A model generated the notes under the pieces. It had not been told where the DNA came from, made no database searches, and worked only from the letters and a program-made list of their open reading frames with translations. DNA of 64,000 bases. Source: a virus. Below, piece by piece: positions 50,284 to 59,557 of the stretch. Positions within the stretch are counted from its first letter, which is position 1, and each line of letters opens with the position of its first letter. The stretch lies in the IMG/VR virus record IMGVR_UViG_3300020474_000007, positions 10,498 to 74,497 of that record. One strand, given 5' to 3'. A program made the translations under genes and the position numbers.

Positions 50284-50890
50284 AGCTGTCTCCATCATAC
50301 CTGAACTTACTGTCATGCGCACCGTCAGCTGGTATTCTTACCCACTTGTTTTTATGTAAGACCTCAAATGTGTATGCCAGTTGATCTTTGTCCGCTAAAG
50401 AGTTTGTTTCAAAATTTACAGTATTTATTTTTATCTTTTTATTTCTAACTAATTCTACCACCTGCAAAACTATATCACAGTCATACCCCTCTGTATCAAT
50501 CTTTAAACTTACAATCTCGTTAATTCCAAATTTATCTACCAAGTCTTTCATGGTGATACATTCAACGTCTTCTGATTTTACTAACTCTTCATAGTTTAGA
50601 TTTAGTCTGTCGCATTCCCTTTTAATTGTTGGGTGTATTCCATACATTTGATTGCATCCTCGTAACCAATCTGGAAGTCTTTTGCTCGATATGGTCTCAA
50701 GCGGGAGGTAGTATATTTTTTCTGTTCCAGATCTTTTACATACCGCTGCATGAACTTTATGCGTGTTGGGATATTCTGGTATAGAATCAATGTATCTTTT
50801 AACTGGTTCTACATATACGCCCCTTTGATTGTTTGTAGGAACTGTGTACCTGAAGTCTGAAGTTCCTATGTCAATAAAGTCAACCTTCAT
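50264..50890 (-). CDS. FkbM-family methyltransferase
   Basis: FIDIG, GVYVEP, VECIT, LKIDTEGYD. Confidence 0.85.
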   Translation of the reverse strand: MKVDFIDIGTSDFRYTVPTNNQRGVYVEPVKRYIDSIPEYPNTHKVHAAVCKRSGTEKIYYLPLETISSKRLPDWLRGCNQMYGIHPTIKRECDRLNLNYEELVKSEDVECITMKDLVDKFGINEIVSLKIDTEGYDCDIVLQVVELVRNKKIKINTVNFETNSLADKDQLAYTFEVLHKNKWVRIPADGAHDSKFRYDGDSYATVDE

Positions 50891-50892
50891 AA

Positions 50893-51567
50893 TTATATTC
50901 CTTCGTAATTTTTGTCAAAATAGAGATATTCTTCAATCTCTGGATATAGTTCAATGTATTCCTTTGTTTTGCCAAGTGGAACATTAACAGGTTGTGGCTC
51001 TACATAGATAGGTATCTTTTTTTGATGCTTTAAAACTTCTGGCACAAAATGTTTTCCTAGAAACCATTCGTCAGCACCAAACACTGTCTTATCGTCTTTA
51101 TATTCTTTCATCAATTCTTCCATCTTGAATGGTAGTTGTTTTGCACCTACGCACCCAGCCATGTAATATCTAGCTGTTTTACTTGTTTTTCGCGCATGAG
51201 CAACCCAAATAAAGTGAGCAATTGACGGTGTGCTAGCGAAGTGCTGCATAGATAAAATATCGTTTCCTTGCATTTTCCAATCTAAGTCCCTACATATCGC
51301 TATGTCACAATCATCGAAAGCTAGAAATCTCCAGAAGCAACCTTCTCTTCCATTGCTAGGTGGCATTTCTATCAGTTCAACATTACTCATAGTAGATAAA
51401 GTAATTAATATTTGTTTGTTTACAGTGTTGTCATGATATACTCTAAATTTCCAATTAGGTAAATATTGCTGACAAAATCTGGCAGACACAGGAGCATTCA
51501 TAGCATACAACCTGTAGGATCTAGGAGAAGATCCAAATAGACATGTAGACACAGCTGCTTTTATCAC
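50893..51567 (-). CDS. GT-A-like glycosyltransferase-related protein
   Basis: CLFG, PNWKFRVY, FWRFLAFDD..IAICRDLD (DxD), FGADEWFL. Confidence 0.6.
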   Translation of the reverse strand: MIKAAVSTCLFGSSPRSYRLYAMNAPVSARFCQQYLPNWKFRVYHDNTVNKQILITLSTMSNVELIEMPPSNGREGCFWRFLAFDDCDIAICRDLDWKMQGNDILSMQHFASTPSIAHFIWVAHARKTSKTARYYMAGCVGAKQLPFKMEELMKEYKDDKTVFGADEWFLGKHFVPEVLKHQKKIPIYVEPQPVNVPLGKTKEYIELYPEIEEYLYFDKNYEGI

Positions 51568-51569
51568 AA

Positions 51570-51665
51570 TTATTTATCTTCTTTCAAGGGAGGCAATGGC
51601 CTTTTCTCAGGCTCTTTTGTCGTAGGGCTGTCTGTCAAGGGTATTTTTGTTGGCTCTTTCGTCAT
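51570..51665 (-). CDS. putative 31-aa microprotein MTKEPTKIPLTDSPTTKEPEKRPLPPLKEDK
   Basis: Not in the ORF track. It overlaps the 3' end of the PAP2 gene, spans the gap and stops 2 nt before the next GTG. AAAGG lies upstream. Confidence 0.45.
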   Translation of the reverse strand: MTKEPTKIPLTDSPTTKEPEKRPLPPLKEDK

Positions 51666-52323
51666 TTTCAAAACCTTTCTTCATCGCAATATAGAGAGAT
51701 TTACAAGCTAATTTACTAGCGTCGTTGTCTGATGGATAATGAACGCCTTGTAGTATTCTAGCAAGACCACAGTATTCTGACAACCTAAAAAAGTCTTTAG
51801 TATAATGTGGGTACAAGTCAGATAGAGTATGAGCAGCCAATTCCGAATACATTACATGACCGCTAGGGTATGATGGTGTGTGGTGAGTATCTGTTGCCAG
51901 AACTTTTATTTCTATGTCATGGTGTGGAGCAATTTGAGCTGGCCTAGCTCTATTAAAATAATATTTTAAAACATAAGTGTAATGTTCAAGAATATTATAA
52001 TTTCTGTGGAAAACATCTGTTGGAAATTTCAAGTCTCTCTCAAGCAAAAACTGGTAATATAGCTCTAGCGGATCTTGGTCTACCACATGGATGAGATTAA
52101 GTTCTGCATTGCTTCTATTTTGAGTAAGTTTACTTACTTGCTTAAGCTCACTGATTGTTTTTGAACTGCTATTTTTAGAGGGGTTGTTTAAAAGTTTTTT
52201 CCAATCCACTCCTTTTATAGTATTCAAATCAGACTCATATTCAATAGGATTTTTAAAATACCCTATATCATCTAAGTCAATATTATTGCTAATGATAGCG
52301 TCTACTTTATTTATCAGTGACAT
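51607..52323 (-). CDS. PAP2-superfamily phosphatase / haloperoxidase-like protein
   Basis: KYYFNRARP, PSYPSGH, ARILQGVHYPSD. Confidence 0.88.
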   Translation of the reverse strand: MSLINKVDAIISNNIDLDDIGYFKNPIEYESDLNTIKGVDWKKLLNNPSKNSSSKTISELKQVSKLTQNRSNAELNLIHVVDQDPLELYYQFLLERDLKFPTDVFHRNYNILEHYTYVLKYYFNRARPAQIAPHHDIEIKVLATDTHHTPSYPSGHVMYSELAAHTLSDLYPHYTKDFFRLSEYCGLARILQGVHYPSDNDASKLACKSLYIAMKKGFENDERANKNTLDRQPYDKRA

Positions 52324-52534
52324 TGTTTTTATGCTCTATAAAGTCTTTGTCTAATCTATGAACTAATCTTTCTCCAGCCCTACGTCTAAAACATGGCAAA
52401 ACACCATGTATACACAAATATACACCAGCTTTGATGCAACACAATCCATGACCTACGGCAAACTTTAAATGCTGCCAATAGGTCATGTTATTGTGATTTA
52501 AATGATCTTTCCACTTTTTTACCAAGCCTTGCAT
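52307..52534 (-). CDS. small hypothetical protein (DUF6356-like)
   Basis: HLNHNNMTYWQHLKFA...CIHGVLP pattern; the start is uncertain. Confidence 0.55.
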   Translation of the reverse strand: MQGLVKKWKDHLNHNNMTYWQHLKFAVGHGLCCIKAGVYLCIHGVLPCFRRRAGERLVHRLDKDFIEHKNNVTDK

Positions 52535-53154
52535 GACCAGTATCTGGCTTTCCATCTAGGACCGGGATTTGCGCAGTTGTGTCTAGCTCTGAAGCTTTTG
52601 CGTCTATCGGGATCGTTTTTCTTAATCTTCATATTAGGATCGCCAAAGTTGACCTTAACTACGTTACCCTTATCGTTCTTTACATAAACACTTCTTTTCT
52701 TTGGTCCGTCTGGAGTTAGAAATGGCTTTCCAAGCTTTACTTTCCTGCCTTGATATTCAGCAGCTTTTCCTTTATACACAAGGGTGGTATTGTCTTTTCT
52801 GTAGACTCCCTTTCTCCTGTATATAAACTCTTCTCCAGTTTTTGGATTCTCATATTTGTATGAACTTTTACCCTTGCTCGGAGTTGATTGAGCTTTTTTC
52901 CAAGCCTCTGGATCTGGCCTGTCTTTATCGCCTTTTTTAGCTGGTTTATAATCCTTGCCTTCTCGCTCTTTTTTCTTGCGAATATTTTCCCACAACCCCG
53001 GCTTTGCCTCCGAAATATCCCATTCTTCTACCTCTTCGCCAAAGTCTTCATATTCTGCTTCGGCAGGTACATAAAAATTGTCCTCTGTAATTTCTTCAGT
53101 AAATCCATATGCTTGTTTATTATATTCGTCGTCTAAAGAGTCCATGAAAGACAT
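52519..53154 (-). CDS. conserved phage protein, acidic N-terminus and basic C-terminal domains
   Basis: PGLWENIRKKK and AEYQGRKV...NFGDPNM...RRKSFRARHNC...KARYWSC are motifs recalled from large aquatic phages. Confidence 0.65.
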   Translation of the reverse strand: MSFMDSLDDEYNKQAYGFTEEITEDNFYVPAEAEYEDFGEEVEEWDISEAKPGLWENIRKKKEREGKDYKPAKKGDKDRPDPEAWKKAQSTPSKGKSSYKYENPKTGEEFIYRRKGVYRKDNTTLVYKGKAAEYQGRKVKLGKPFLTPDGPKKRSVYVKNDKGNVVKVNFGDPNMKIKKNDPDRRKSFRARHNCANPGPRWKARYWSCKAW

Positions 53155-53155
53155 A

Positions 53156-54025
53156 TCATTCTCCTTTTTTAAATGTGATTTTCTTAGCTTTTGCTAGCAA
53201 TGCATCTAAACTATATACTGGCACTCGCTCCTTAAAATGATTATATATATCTTGTATCATTTGGTGGTCTGGATCTTGCGTTATTTCCATCCATCCAATG
53301 AAATAGTTCCAAATTCTGTCCTCTAATATTAGCCTATATTTAACACCGTTTGGTCTTCCAAATCTATGATTCCATCCTACGGTTGGTACGCAAATATTCT
53401 TGCCACCATTTCTCCTAAACTTTTCTGAAATGTACCCTTCTTCCCCTCCAAAACCAATAAAGTGACTACTTATTCCGGGCCAATGTTTTTTTTCAAAAGA
53501 ACATAAGCCCATCCCATTCATAGGTATTTCAAAAGGTTTTCCTAGTTTGTAACTTTCTAAATTGGTGGCCCATATACCGTACATATCTCCGCGCCACTGT
53601 GGATCAAAATGTGTTGATACATTTTTTAGATCATCATACAGCAACGGTCCTTGAACTAAGTCCTTACAGTCTGGTTTTTGCCAATAATAGTTAAGTAAAT
53701 TATCTATAGCGTTGTGCTTTAATAATACATGACAGTCTAAAATTAATATATATTTTCCACTAGCATGTTTAACTACATCATATTTATTGAACGAACTCGG
53801 GATTTTATTGTCTTGAGGTATATATTTGCCTAGACTCCCCAAACTTTCGTCCATGAATTTTTTTACAGCCTTACCGTGTTCTCCACTGGGATTAGTGTCT
53901 ATAACAATAAATTCTACAGCATCAGTATTACATATACGATGATACATTCTTAATGACTGTATGGTAAAAAACACACCGTCATAGTCATCGTAAGTAGCCA
54001 TTCCTATGCTTAATTTTTTTTCCAT
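53156..54025 (-). CDS. glycosyltransferase family 2 (GT-A)
   Basis: LSIGMATYD, EFIVID, YILILDCH, GFGGEE. Confidence 0.85.
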   Translation of the reverse strand: MEKKLSIGMATYDDYDGVFFTIQSLRMYHRICNTDAVEFIVIDTNPSGEHGKAVKKFMDESLGSLGKYIPQDNKIPSSFNKYDVVKHASGKYILILDCHVLLKHNAIDNLLNYYWQKPDCKDLVQGPLLYDDLKNVSTHFDPQWRGDMYGIWATNLESYKLGKPFEIPMNGMGLCSFEKKHWPGISSHFIGFGGEEGYISEKFRRNGGKNICVPTVGWNHRFGRPNGVKYRLILEDRIWNYFIGWMEITQDPDHQMIQDIYNHFKERVPVYSLDALLAKAKKITFKKGE

Positions 54026-55050
54026 TAGCCGGGAGCCTCATAAAATCCAATGTCAAAACCTTTTCTAGTACAGTTTTTTAAGGTGTCTTCCATGCCGTGA
54101 TCTTTGAGGTGCTGCTGTATATACATACACATACTTTGGTCTGTACCCTCCCAATCATTTTTACAATAATGGCACAATTTCGTGCATTTCCAGTTGCTTC
54201 TGTCGTGAGAAATGGGTGTTGGCGTGTTATTTTGCTGTATTTCCTGAAAGCGGTTTTTAAGCATATTCAAGAACTTATCGTGATCTTCTCTATCAAAACA
54301 CATTGAAAAAGGACCGCCATCCTTAATATAGAATATAGTCATAATAGCCTGTTTATAGTCAGGGAATAACTTAGATATTGCATAATTATACAGTAATAGC
54401 TGGGGGTCTGACAGTAGCTTTTCGTATGTCTTTTCCTCCCCAGTAGCCCAATCTAGTCGTCTTCCAGTTTTCCAATCTATAACTTCTATGGTGTCATCAT
54501 TAGTCTGTGTGACGAGATCAATCGTACCTTTAATTGCTAGCTGTCCTTCTACCTCTTTCCCGTTTGGCATTTTATACTTAAATTTAGCCCAATCTTCTTC
54601 TATCGGTATATCAAAGTGTGGTTCTGGTGCTACTACATTTCTATTACGTGGGTCAAATTGTCCATCATTCCAATCTAACGCCTGCCAAGTCCATTTTCTG
54701 CACTCATTTTCATCCTTTTTGTGCCAATCGTGATGACTTTCTTGTGTGGTGTAAGCCTCATAGCTTTTGTCTACAAGGTCATTCACCAAGTCTATAGATC
54801 CTAATTCTGTCTTCAGGCATTTAAATTTTCCAATAGCGTCATCGTCTACTTTAAGGAACTTAACCTTGGGCTTATCTTGTTCAAACTTTTTGAGTCCAGC
54901 CAAAACTTCTAAAACTTTGTGAACAACAGTCCCTTGTACAGCCTTTTTGCCACTAAGGGTTTGATGTCCTAGAACGTAGGTTATAAAATATTGCATCTGG
55001 CAGTATGCATAATTATTATAACTAGAAGACCTGATATATGTAACTAGCAT
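54025..55050 (-). CDS. PD-(D/E)XK nuclease, RecB/AddB/Cas4-like, probable Fe-S cluster
   Basis: SSYNNYAYC, GTVVHKVLE, GTIDLV...IDWKTG, QLLLY, CTKLCHYC. Confidence 0.85.
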   Translation of the reverse strand: MLVTYIRSSSYNNYAYCQMQYFITYVLGHQTLSGKKAVQGTVVHKVLEVLAGLKKFEQDKPKVKFLKVDDDAIGKFKCLKTELGSIDLVNDLVDKSYEAYTTQESHHDWHKKDENECRKWTWQALDWNDGQFDPRNRNVVAPEPHFDIPIEEDWAKFKYKMPNGKEVEGQLAIKGTIDLVTQTNDDTIEVIDWKTGRRLDWATGEEKTYEKLLSDPQLLLYNYAISKLFPDYKQAIMTIFYIKDGGPFSMCFDREDHDKFLNMLKNRFQEIQQNNTPTPISHDRSNWKCTKLCHYCKNDWEGTDQSMCMYIQQHLKDHGMEDTLKNCTRKGFDIGFYEAPG

Positions 55051-55052
55051 AA

Positions 55053-55775
55053 TTATCTCCAGAGTGATTGAATATTTTTAATTTCGTTCCTTAAGTCATT
55101 TAAACTTTTTCCGTCATTGTTAATCACATGATCAAACTCATCCCAATCAAATACATTTCTATCTAAAGCGCATTCGCACGGATGATTGTCTGAAAATATA
55201 TCTCTATCTAATCTAATGACAACCCCTCCAGCAGCTTGTATTGCATTAACCTCGTTTGGAAATCTTACATCAGGTATAATAGATAGCTCGCTTTGCTCTT
55301 GGAGTATTTGCTTGATTGTGTAATCTACCCACACCTTGTCTTTAATCTCCCTCATAACGTCTGTTCCAAAATATTGTAAGAACTCTCTAGCTGTCATTGG
55401 ATGCTTCCATCCATTCTGTGAGTATGGTGTACTTGTATTTTTTTGATCGTCAGTTCCATAAACTTGCTCAGGAGTCAAATCAAATAGGCTGACACACAAC
55501 TGCTTTAAACAATCAGCAAAGTGATACACTTTGGTAAAAGGCCAAAGCTCTTGCTCGGCATATGCCGTAAATGCTTCATCTTTTCTGGTGATATCAAATA
55601 TTCCCCAACCTTTATCTCCAGACTCGTTGGAAGTTTCTATCATTAAACGACCTTGATCGTCTATGTCGGAGTTATATACCATCTTCTTGTTCTTAATAAT
55701 CTCTCCAGTTACAATGTTAGCAACGGTATTTTTACCAGACTGCTTCCTTCCAGAAATTCCTAAAATTTTTGTCAT
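55053..55775 (-). CDS. deoxynucleoside monophosphate kinase
   Basis: GISGRKQSGKNT, FADCLK, REFLQYFGTD, IPDVRFPNE. Confidence 0.88.
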   Translation of the reverse strand: MTKILGISGRKQSGKNTVANIVTGEIIKNKKMVYNSDIDDQGRLMIETSNESGDKGWGIFDITRKDEAFTAYAEQELWPFTKVYHFADCLKQLCVSLFDLTPEQVYGTDDQKNTSTPYSQNGWKHPMTAREFLQYFGTDVMREIKDKVWVDYTIKQILQEQSELSIIPDVRFPNEVNAIQAAGGVVIRLDRDIFSDNHPCECALDRNVFDWDEFDHVINNDGKSLNDLRNEIKNIQSLWR

Positions 55776-56797
55776 TAGTAAGTACCTTTCAGTTTTGCTA
55801 GAATATTATTTTTTATATCTTTGGTAGTCATGTCGCCAATATCTTTCTGAGTTAATTTGGGAAATGTGAGCCTAAACATTCTCCCTAATTGTCTTTTAAT
55901 CTGTACTTTGGATTCTCTGCCAGCCTGATCGTTATCTGTTAATATAATTAAATTAGTAATTGGAAGAGATAAAAGTCTTTCCTGCTGTTGCTGTGTTATA
56001 GTTTTTCCAAGTATGCTGACGGCATTGCTAACTCCGGCTTCATACATTCTCCACACATCGCCTTGTCCCTCCATTATGTATAAGCAAGATGTTTCAATTG
56101 CTTTTTTAATTGCTCTATGATAATTATAGAAGTAGAATCTTTTGTCAAAGCCCTTTGGGTGAAATAAAAACTTAGGAGTCTTATATTCTTTTACCGATCT
56201 TCCTATCAATCCGACAATATGTTTTCCATTTTCATTGTGAATGGGTATAACAGCCCTTTCTTTCATAGAACAGGGTTCGTAACAATCTCCGATGCCAAAA
56301 TATTTCATAGTCTTTTTGTTGAAACCTCTATTTACAAAATATTCTGAGGGACAACTCAATGTGCAATCAATTGATATTGGCTTTACTGTATTTTCACTCT
56401 TGTTTGGTGACTTAATAATTTTGACTAAATCTACAAAGTCATCTTCGTATTCAGAATCTATAGTGCTAGATGGAGAGTAAGTGTGTTGTACGTTTAAAAG
56501 ATCACAAGACCACTTAAGGACTTCTTTAAAACTAACTTCTCTCCCTTCCGTTTTAGATAATGCACCCTGAATCAGACCAAATATATCGTTACTGTATTCA
56601 TTTTGACAGTCTCTAGTCCAACATTTCCAAATACCTTTTTGTACAGAAAATGAGAAAGCAGTCTTGTTGTCGCTACCGTCGTGTACTGGGCATGTACAAT
56701 ACACATTGTCTGACATGACTTCGTAGTTCATGTCTAGTGCGCTAAAAACCTTTTCATGGTTCTCGTTCAATTTATCTTTAATTGTCTTCAAGTTCAT
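55775..56797 (-). CDS. dnaG: DnaG-type DNA primase
   Basis: Zn finger CPVH...CWTRDC; Toprim EGQGD and DNDQAG. Confidence 0.9.
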   Translation of the reverse strand: MNLKTIKDKLNENHEKVFSALDMNYEVMSDNVYCTCPVHDGSDNKTAFSFSVQKGIWKCWTRDCQNEYSNDIFGLIQGALSKTEGREVSFKEVLKWSCDLLNVQHTYSPSSTIDSEYEDDFVDLVKIIKSPNKSENTVKPISIDCTLSCPSEYFVNRGFNKKTMKYFGIGDCYEPCSMKERAVIPIHNENGKHIVGLIGRSVKEYKTPKFLFHPKGFDKRFYFYNYHRAIKKAIETSCLYIMEGQGDVWRMYEAGVSNAVSILGKTITQQQQERLLSLPITNLIILTDNDQAGRESKVQIKRQLGRMFRLTFPKLTQKDIGDMTTKDIKNNILAKLKGTY

Positions 56798-58238
56798 TTT
56801 TAATTTTTTCTAAAGATTCGTTACTAGCCATACCAGTATCGCCAACTGGTTGATTTTTTGCTTCATTCCTAGTTTGTAATTCAATTAATTTTGCGTGTGA
56901 TCCCATCATATTCATATTAATATAATCTCCATCGTCTAGCCCTCCACCATGTCTAGAGACTATGGGTACGAGTTTTCTATTTCCTAAGTTGGGGCCGTCT
57001 TCTGCTAATTCTTCTGGAGACTTAGATTTAAATATTGTAAATGAAGTACAAAGCCATATCAACCTATCAGAGCCACTCACAGCGTCTGTACTCTCCTTTG
57101 TGATTCCATCTCTATTTAATTGAACGAAAGACAAACAGGCTATATCTAGCTTAACGCAAAGATTGTGCAGTGCTGTTATTTGAAATCCTAACGCTTGGTA
57201 TTCCTGTATATTATTTGTTATAGATGTTGAAGACATAAGTTTTAGGTAATCGTATATAATTACGCAATCATTTGTTTTACCAGATTCATCAGTCTTTACT
57301 TCTTGGACAATCCATCTTTTAATCACATTTACGATCTGCTCAAAGGGTTGACCAGCCACACTAACATAGTTGTATGGAATAGATTCTAACAACTCACTTG
57401 CTTTTTTTACTTTTTCATATTTGTCGGGATCATCTACAAATTTACCCGTAGAAACTTCATGAATTGAGACACCACTAATGTTCGCTAGAAGGCGATTAAG
57501 ATGATCTTCTTTTGACATTTCTGTATCTAATACTAATACCGGAACTCCCGTTTTCGACACATTGAGAGCGACGTTATCAGCAAAAACTGATTTGCCAACT
57601 TTTGGTCTAGCCGAAACTAAGTCTACGCATTTCCTGCGTAACCCACCACCAATGGCTTCATCAAACCTAGAAAATCCAGTTGGTATACCTATTATGTCGC
57701 ATTTATTTTCAGATAGAAAATCTACATACTCTTCTATACCTTCCCCTATCCTTTCAGGATTTTCTCCACCATCATCTTCTCGTAAAAAGTCTGTTACTGG
57801 ATTCTCTAGTATTTGTATAATCTCATTGATACTTTCCGTACCATTGACGTTTTCAATGTCTTTGTGTATTTTGCCTGTAAGTGTTTTAATCTTCCTCGCA
57901 AATTCAAATTTCTTTGCTTGTAATCCAAACTTAAAAATATTATCTCTATGTACAGGAAACTCAGCTAAAGAATTTATATATGTTAATTCTTGTTTAGTAT
58001 TTACCGTCTCAGATAGATTAAGCTGCTCTGCCGCAGATAATATAGAAGGTATGTCTACCGTCTGGTCATTTAGAACTACGTGTTCAATGCATCTAAATAT
58101 AACCTTGTTATTTATGTTTCCAAAAGATTCTTCATTAACTATATCGGATATAGCCACATAGCCATCTATTCCGTGCTGCAACAATCCTGCAAGTATGGCT
58201 CTCTCTGATCCAACATCAATTAATTTTTCGCTACTCAT
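56778..58238 (-). CDS. dnaB: DnaB-like replicative helicase
   Basis: Walker A ARPKVGKS, DTEM, IIYDYL, QLNR, SRHG. Confidence 0.92.
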   Translation of the reverse strand: MSSEKLIDVGSERAILAGLLQHGIDGYVAISDIVNEESFGNINNKVIFRCIEHVVLNDQTVDIPSILSAAEQLNLSETVNTKQELTYINSLAEFPVHRDNIFKFGLQAKKFEFARKIKTLTGKIHKDIENVNGTESINEIIQILENPVTDFLREDDGGENPERIGEGIEEYVDFLSENKCDIIGIPTGFSRFDEAIGGGLRRKCVDLVSARPKVGKSVFADNVALNVSKTGVPVLVLDTEMSKEDHLNRLLANISGVSIHEVSTGKFVDDPDKYEKVKKASELLESIPYNYVSVAGQPFEQIVNVIKRWIVQEVKTDESGKTNDCVIIYDYLKLMSSTSITNNIQEYQALGFQITALHNLCVKLDIACLSFVQLNRDGITKESTDAVSGSDRLIWLCTSFTIFKSKSPEELAEDGPNLGNRKLVPIVSRHGGGLDDGDYINMNMMGSHAKLIELQTRNEAKNQPVGDTGMASNESLEKIKNELEDN

Positions 58239-58242
58239 AAAA

Positions 58243-58617
58243 TTATCCTACGCAGTTATCACATCTATAAAATTCACCATAGTTGTACCTACTGTCTATA
58301 GCAAAGCTTTTACCACACGCATGACATTTTACTTCTTTCTTTTTGGCGGCTGGTCTATTTCTAGGAGTTTTATTAATTTTTGGAGTAACAACGTCTCTGT
58401 GTTCACCCGTATCTACAAAAGTGTTTTTACCACCCGTCACTGGTCTTCTTCTTGAGTCAGATTTGACGTTGGTTTTTTCTTTCGACATTGTAAAGTTTTC
58501 GTCTGACCCCGTATCATTCACGGTCTTCTCTTCTTCAAAAGTTCCTCCAGACAGCGCTTTTAACAGAGCGTCTTTTTGTTCTTTCGATAGAGTTTTGATA
58601 AACTCTTCCATACTCAT
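58243..58617 (-). CDS. hypothetical protein with C-terminal Zn ribbon
   Basis: CHAC...CDNC. Confidence 0.65.
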   Translation of the reverse strand: MSMEEFIKTLSKEQKDALLKALSGGTFEEEKTVNDTGSDENFTMSKEKTNVKSDSRRRPVTGGKNTFVDTGEHRDVVTPKINKTPRNRPAAKKKEVKCHACGKSFAIDSRYNYGEFYRCDNCVG

Positions 58618-59099
58618 GACCTTTTCCCTTTCTCTAATAGTATATCTGCTTTTCGTCTTAGATCTTTTGCTTTGCAGTCTAATGATTGTACTCTTGAGAG
58701 TGCTATCTCTCTGTAGTGATCTACGACTCTAGCATATTCGTCATTTATAACAATTGTATTTCTTTTAGTTTCATATTTCATGTAGGTATCAAATTGATGA
58801 TAATTTTTGGCTACCATTTTGTCCAGCTTATCATTGCACCAATCTAGAGCAATCTTTTGCATATTTAATTCATCTTGTATATGTGAAGCGTAAGCATATA
58901 GTAGATATGCAAATTCAAAAGTCTCATCCTTACTCAAAGATGATAGAAGTCCAGAGTCAGCATCAGCAGCCGTTGTCCACTCTTCATTAAATTTCTTATG
59001 AAATCTCGCATGGCTAGCGTTTAAGAAGTCGTCTATCATTGCTCTTAAATCAGCCAGTTGCTCATTCGCCGTTTTCAATTTGATCTCTCCATTGCTCAT
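58614..59099 (-). CDS. helical hypothetical protein (possibly a UvsY-like mediator)
   Basis: Long amphipathic helices, located between recA and dnaB; function speculative. Confidence 0.5.
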   Translation of the reverse strand: MSNGEIKLKTANEQLADLRAMIDDFLNASHARFHKKFNEEWTTAADADSGLLSSLSKDETFEFAYLLYAYASHIQDELNMQKIALDWCNDKLDKMVAKNYHQFDTYMKYETKRNTIVINDEYARVVDHYREIALSRVQSLDCKAKDLRRKADILLEKGKRS

Positions 59100-59487
59100 C
59101 TGTGTCAGAGTACTTCAATACTATTATATCAATTTTGTTCAATTCGCACCACTCTATTTTATCTTCATCCTTGGCTTTTGCAGTAGCAAAGTCTGCTTTA
59201 TTTTTGTGAAAGAATGGAGTATATTTATAATGCTGTTGACCATGTACCTCTACAGCCAGCATAATCTGTGGTATATAAAAATCCAAATACAGTACGCCTT
59301 TTCTGTGCGATGGCGTACTTCCCGGCAATTTTACTTCTTCAAGTATTCTATAACTATGGTAAATAGTCTTCAAGAGATTTCTTGCGCGAACGTGGAACTT
59401 TGATCTCTTCCGCTTGTCGTTTGCGTCTACTGAATAGCTTGTTAAATTCCAAGCGTACTCTCTCCCATTTATACCAATAACTTTCAT
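59062..59487 (-). CDS. Vsr/DUF559-like PD-(D/E)XK endonuclease
   Basis: ILEEV, LYLDFYIP...AVEVHGQQHY, D..K.EWC. Confidence 0.75.
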   Translation of the reverse strand: MKVIGINGREYAWNLTSYSVDANDKRKRSKFHVRARNLLKTIYHSYRILEEVKLPGSTPSHRKGVLYLDFYIPQIMLAVEVHGQQHYKYTPFFHKNKADFATAKAKDEDKIEWCELNKIDIIVLKYSDTDEQWRDQIENGE

Positions 59488-59557
59488 TCAATGTTCCTAT
59501 CACAAGTTTAGCCAGAATAACTCCAGCAGCAATTTCAAATATACTAATTATATTCAT
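59354..59557 (-). CDS. small putative membrane protein overlapping the downstream nuclease gene
   Basis: Hydrophobic N-terminus IISIFEIAAGVILAKLVIG and a basic tail; ATGA-coupled to the upstream remnant frame. Confidence 0.4.
   Translation of the reverse strand: MNIISIFEIAAGVILAKLVIGTLNESYWYKWERVRLEFNKLFSRRKRQAEEIKVPRSRKKSLEDYLP

Noticed and set aside
54025-55050. CRISPR-Cas system suggested by the Cas4-like nuclease
   Set aside because: No repeat-spacer array or other cas genes were seen; solo RecB/Cas4-like nucleases are common in phage replication modules.
57562-58161. 199-aa + strand ORF, and the many other 60-150 aa ORFs antisense or out of frame to long genes
   Set aside because: They lie inside well-supported genes (here dnaB) and show no RBS or recognisable motif.
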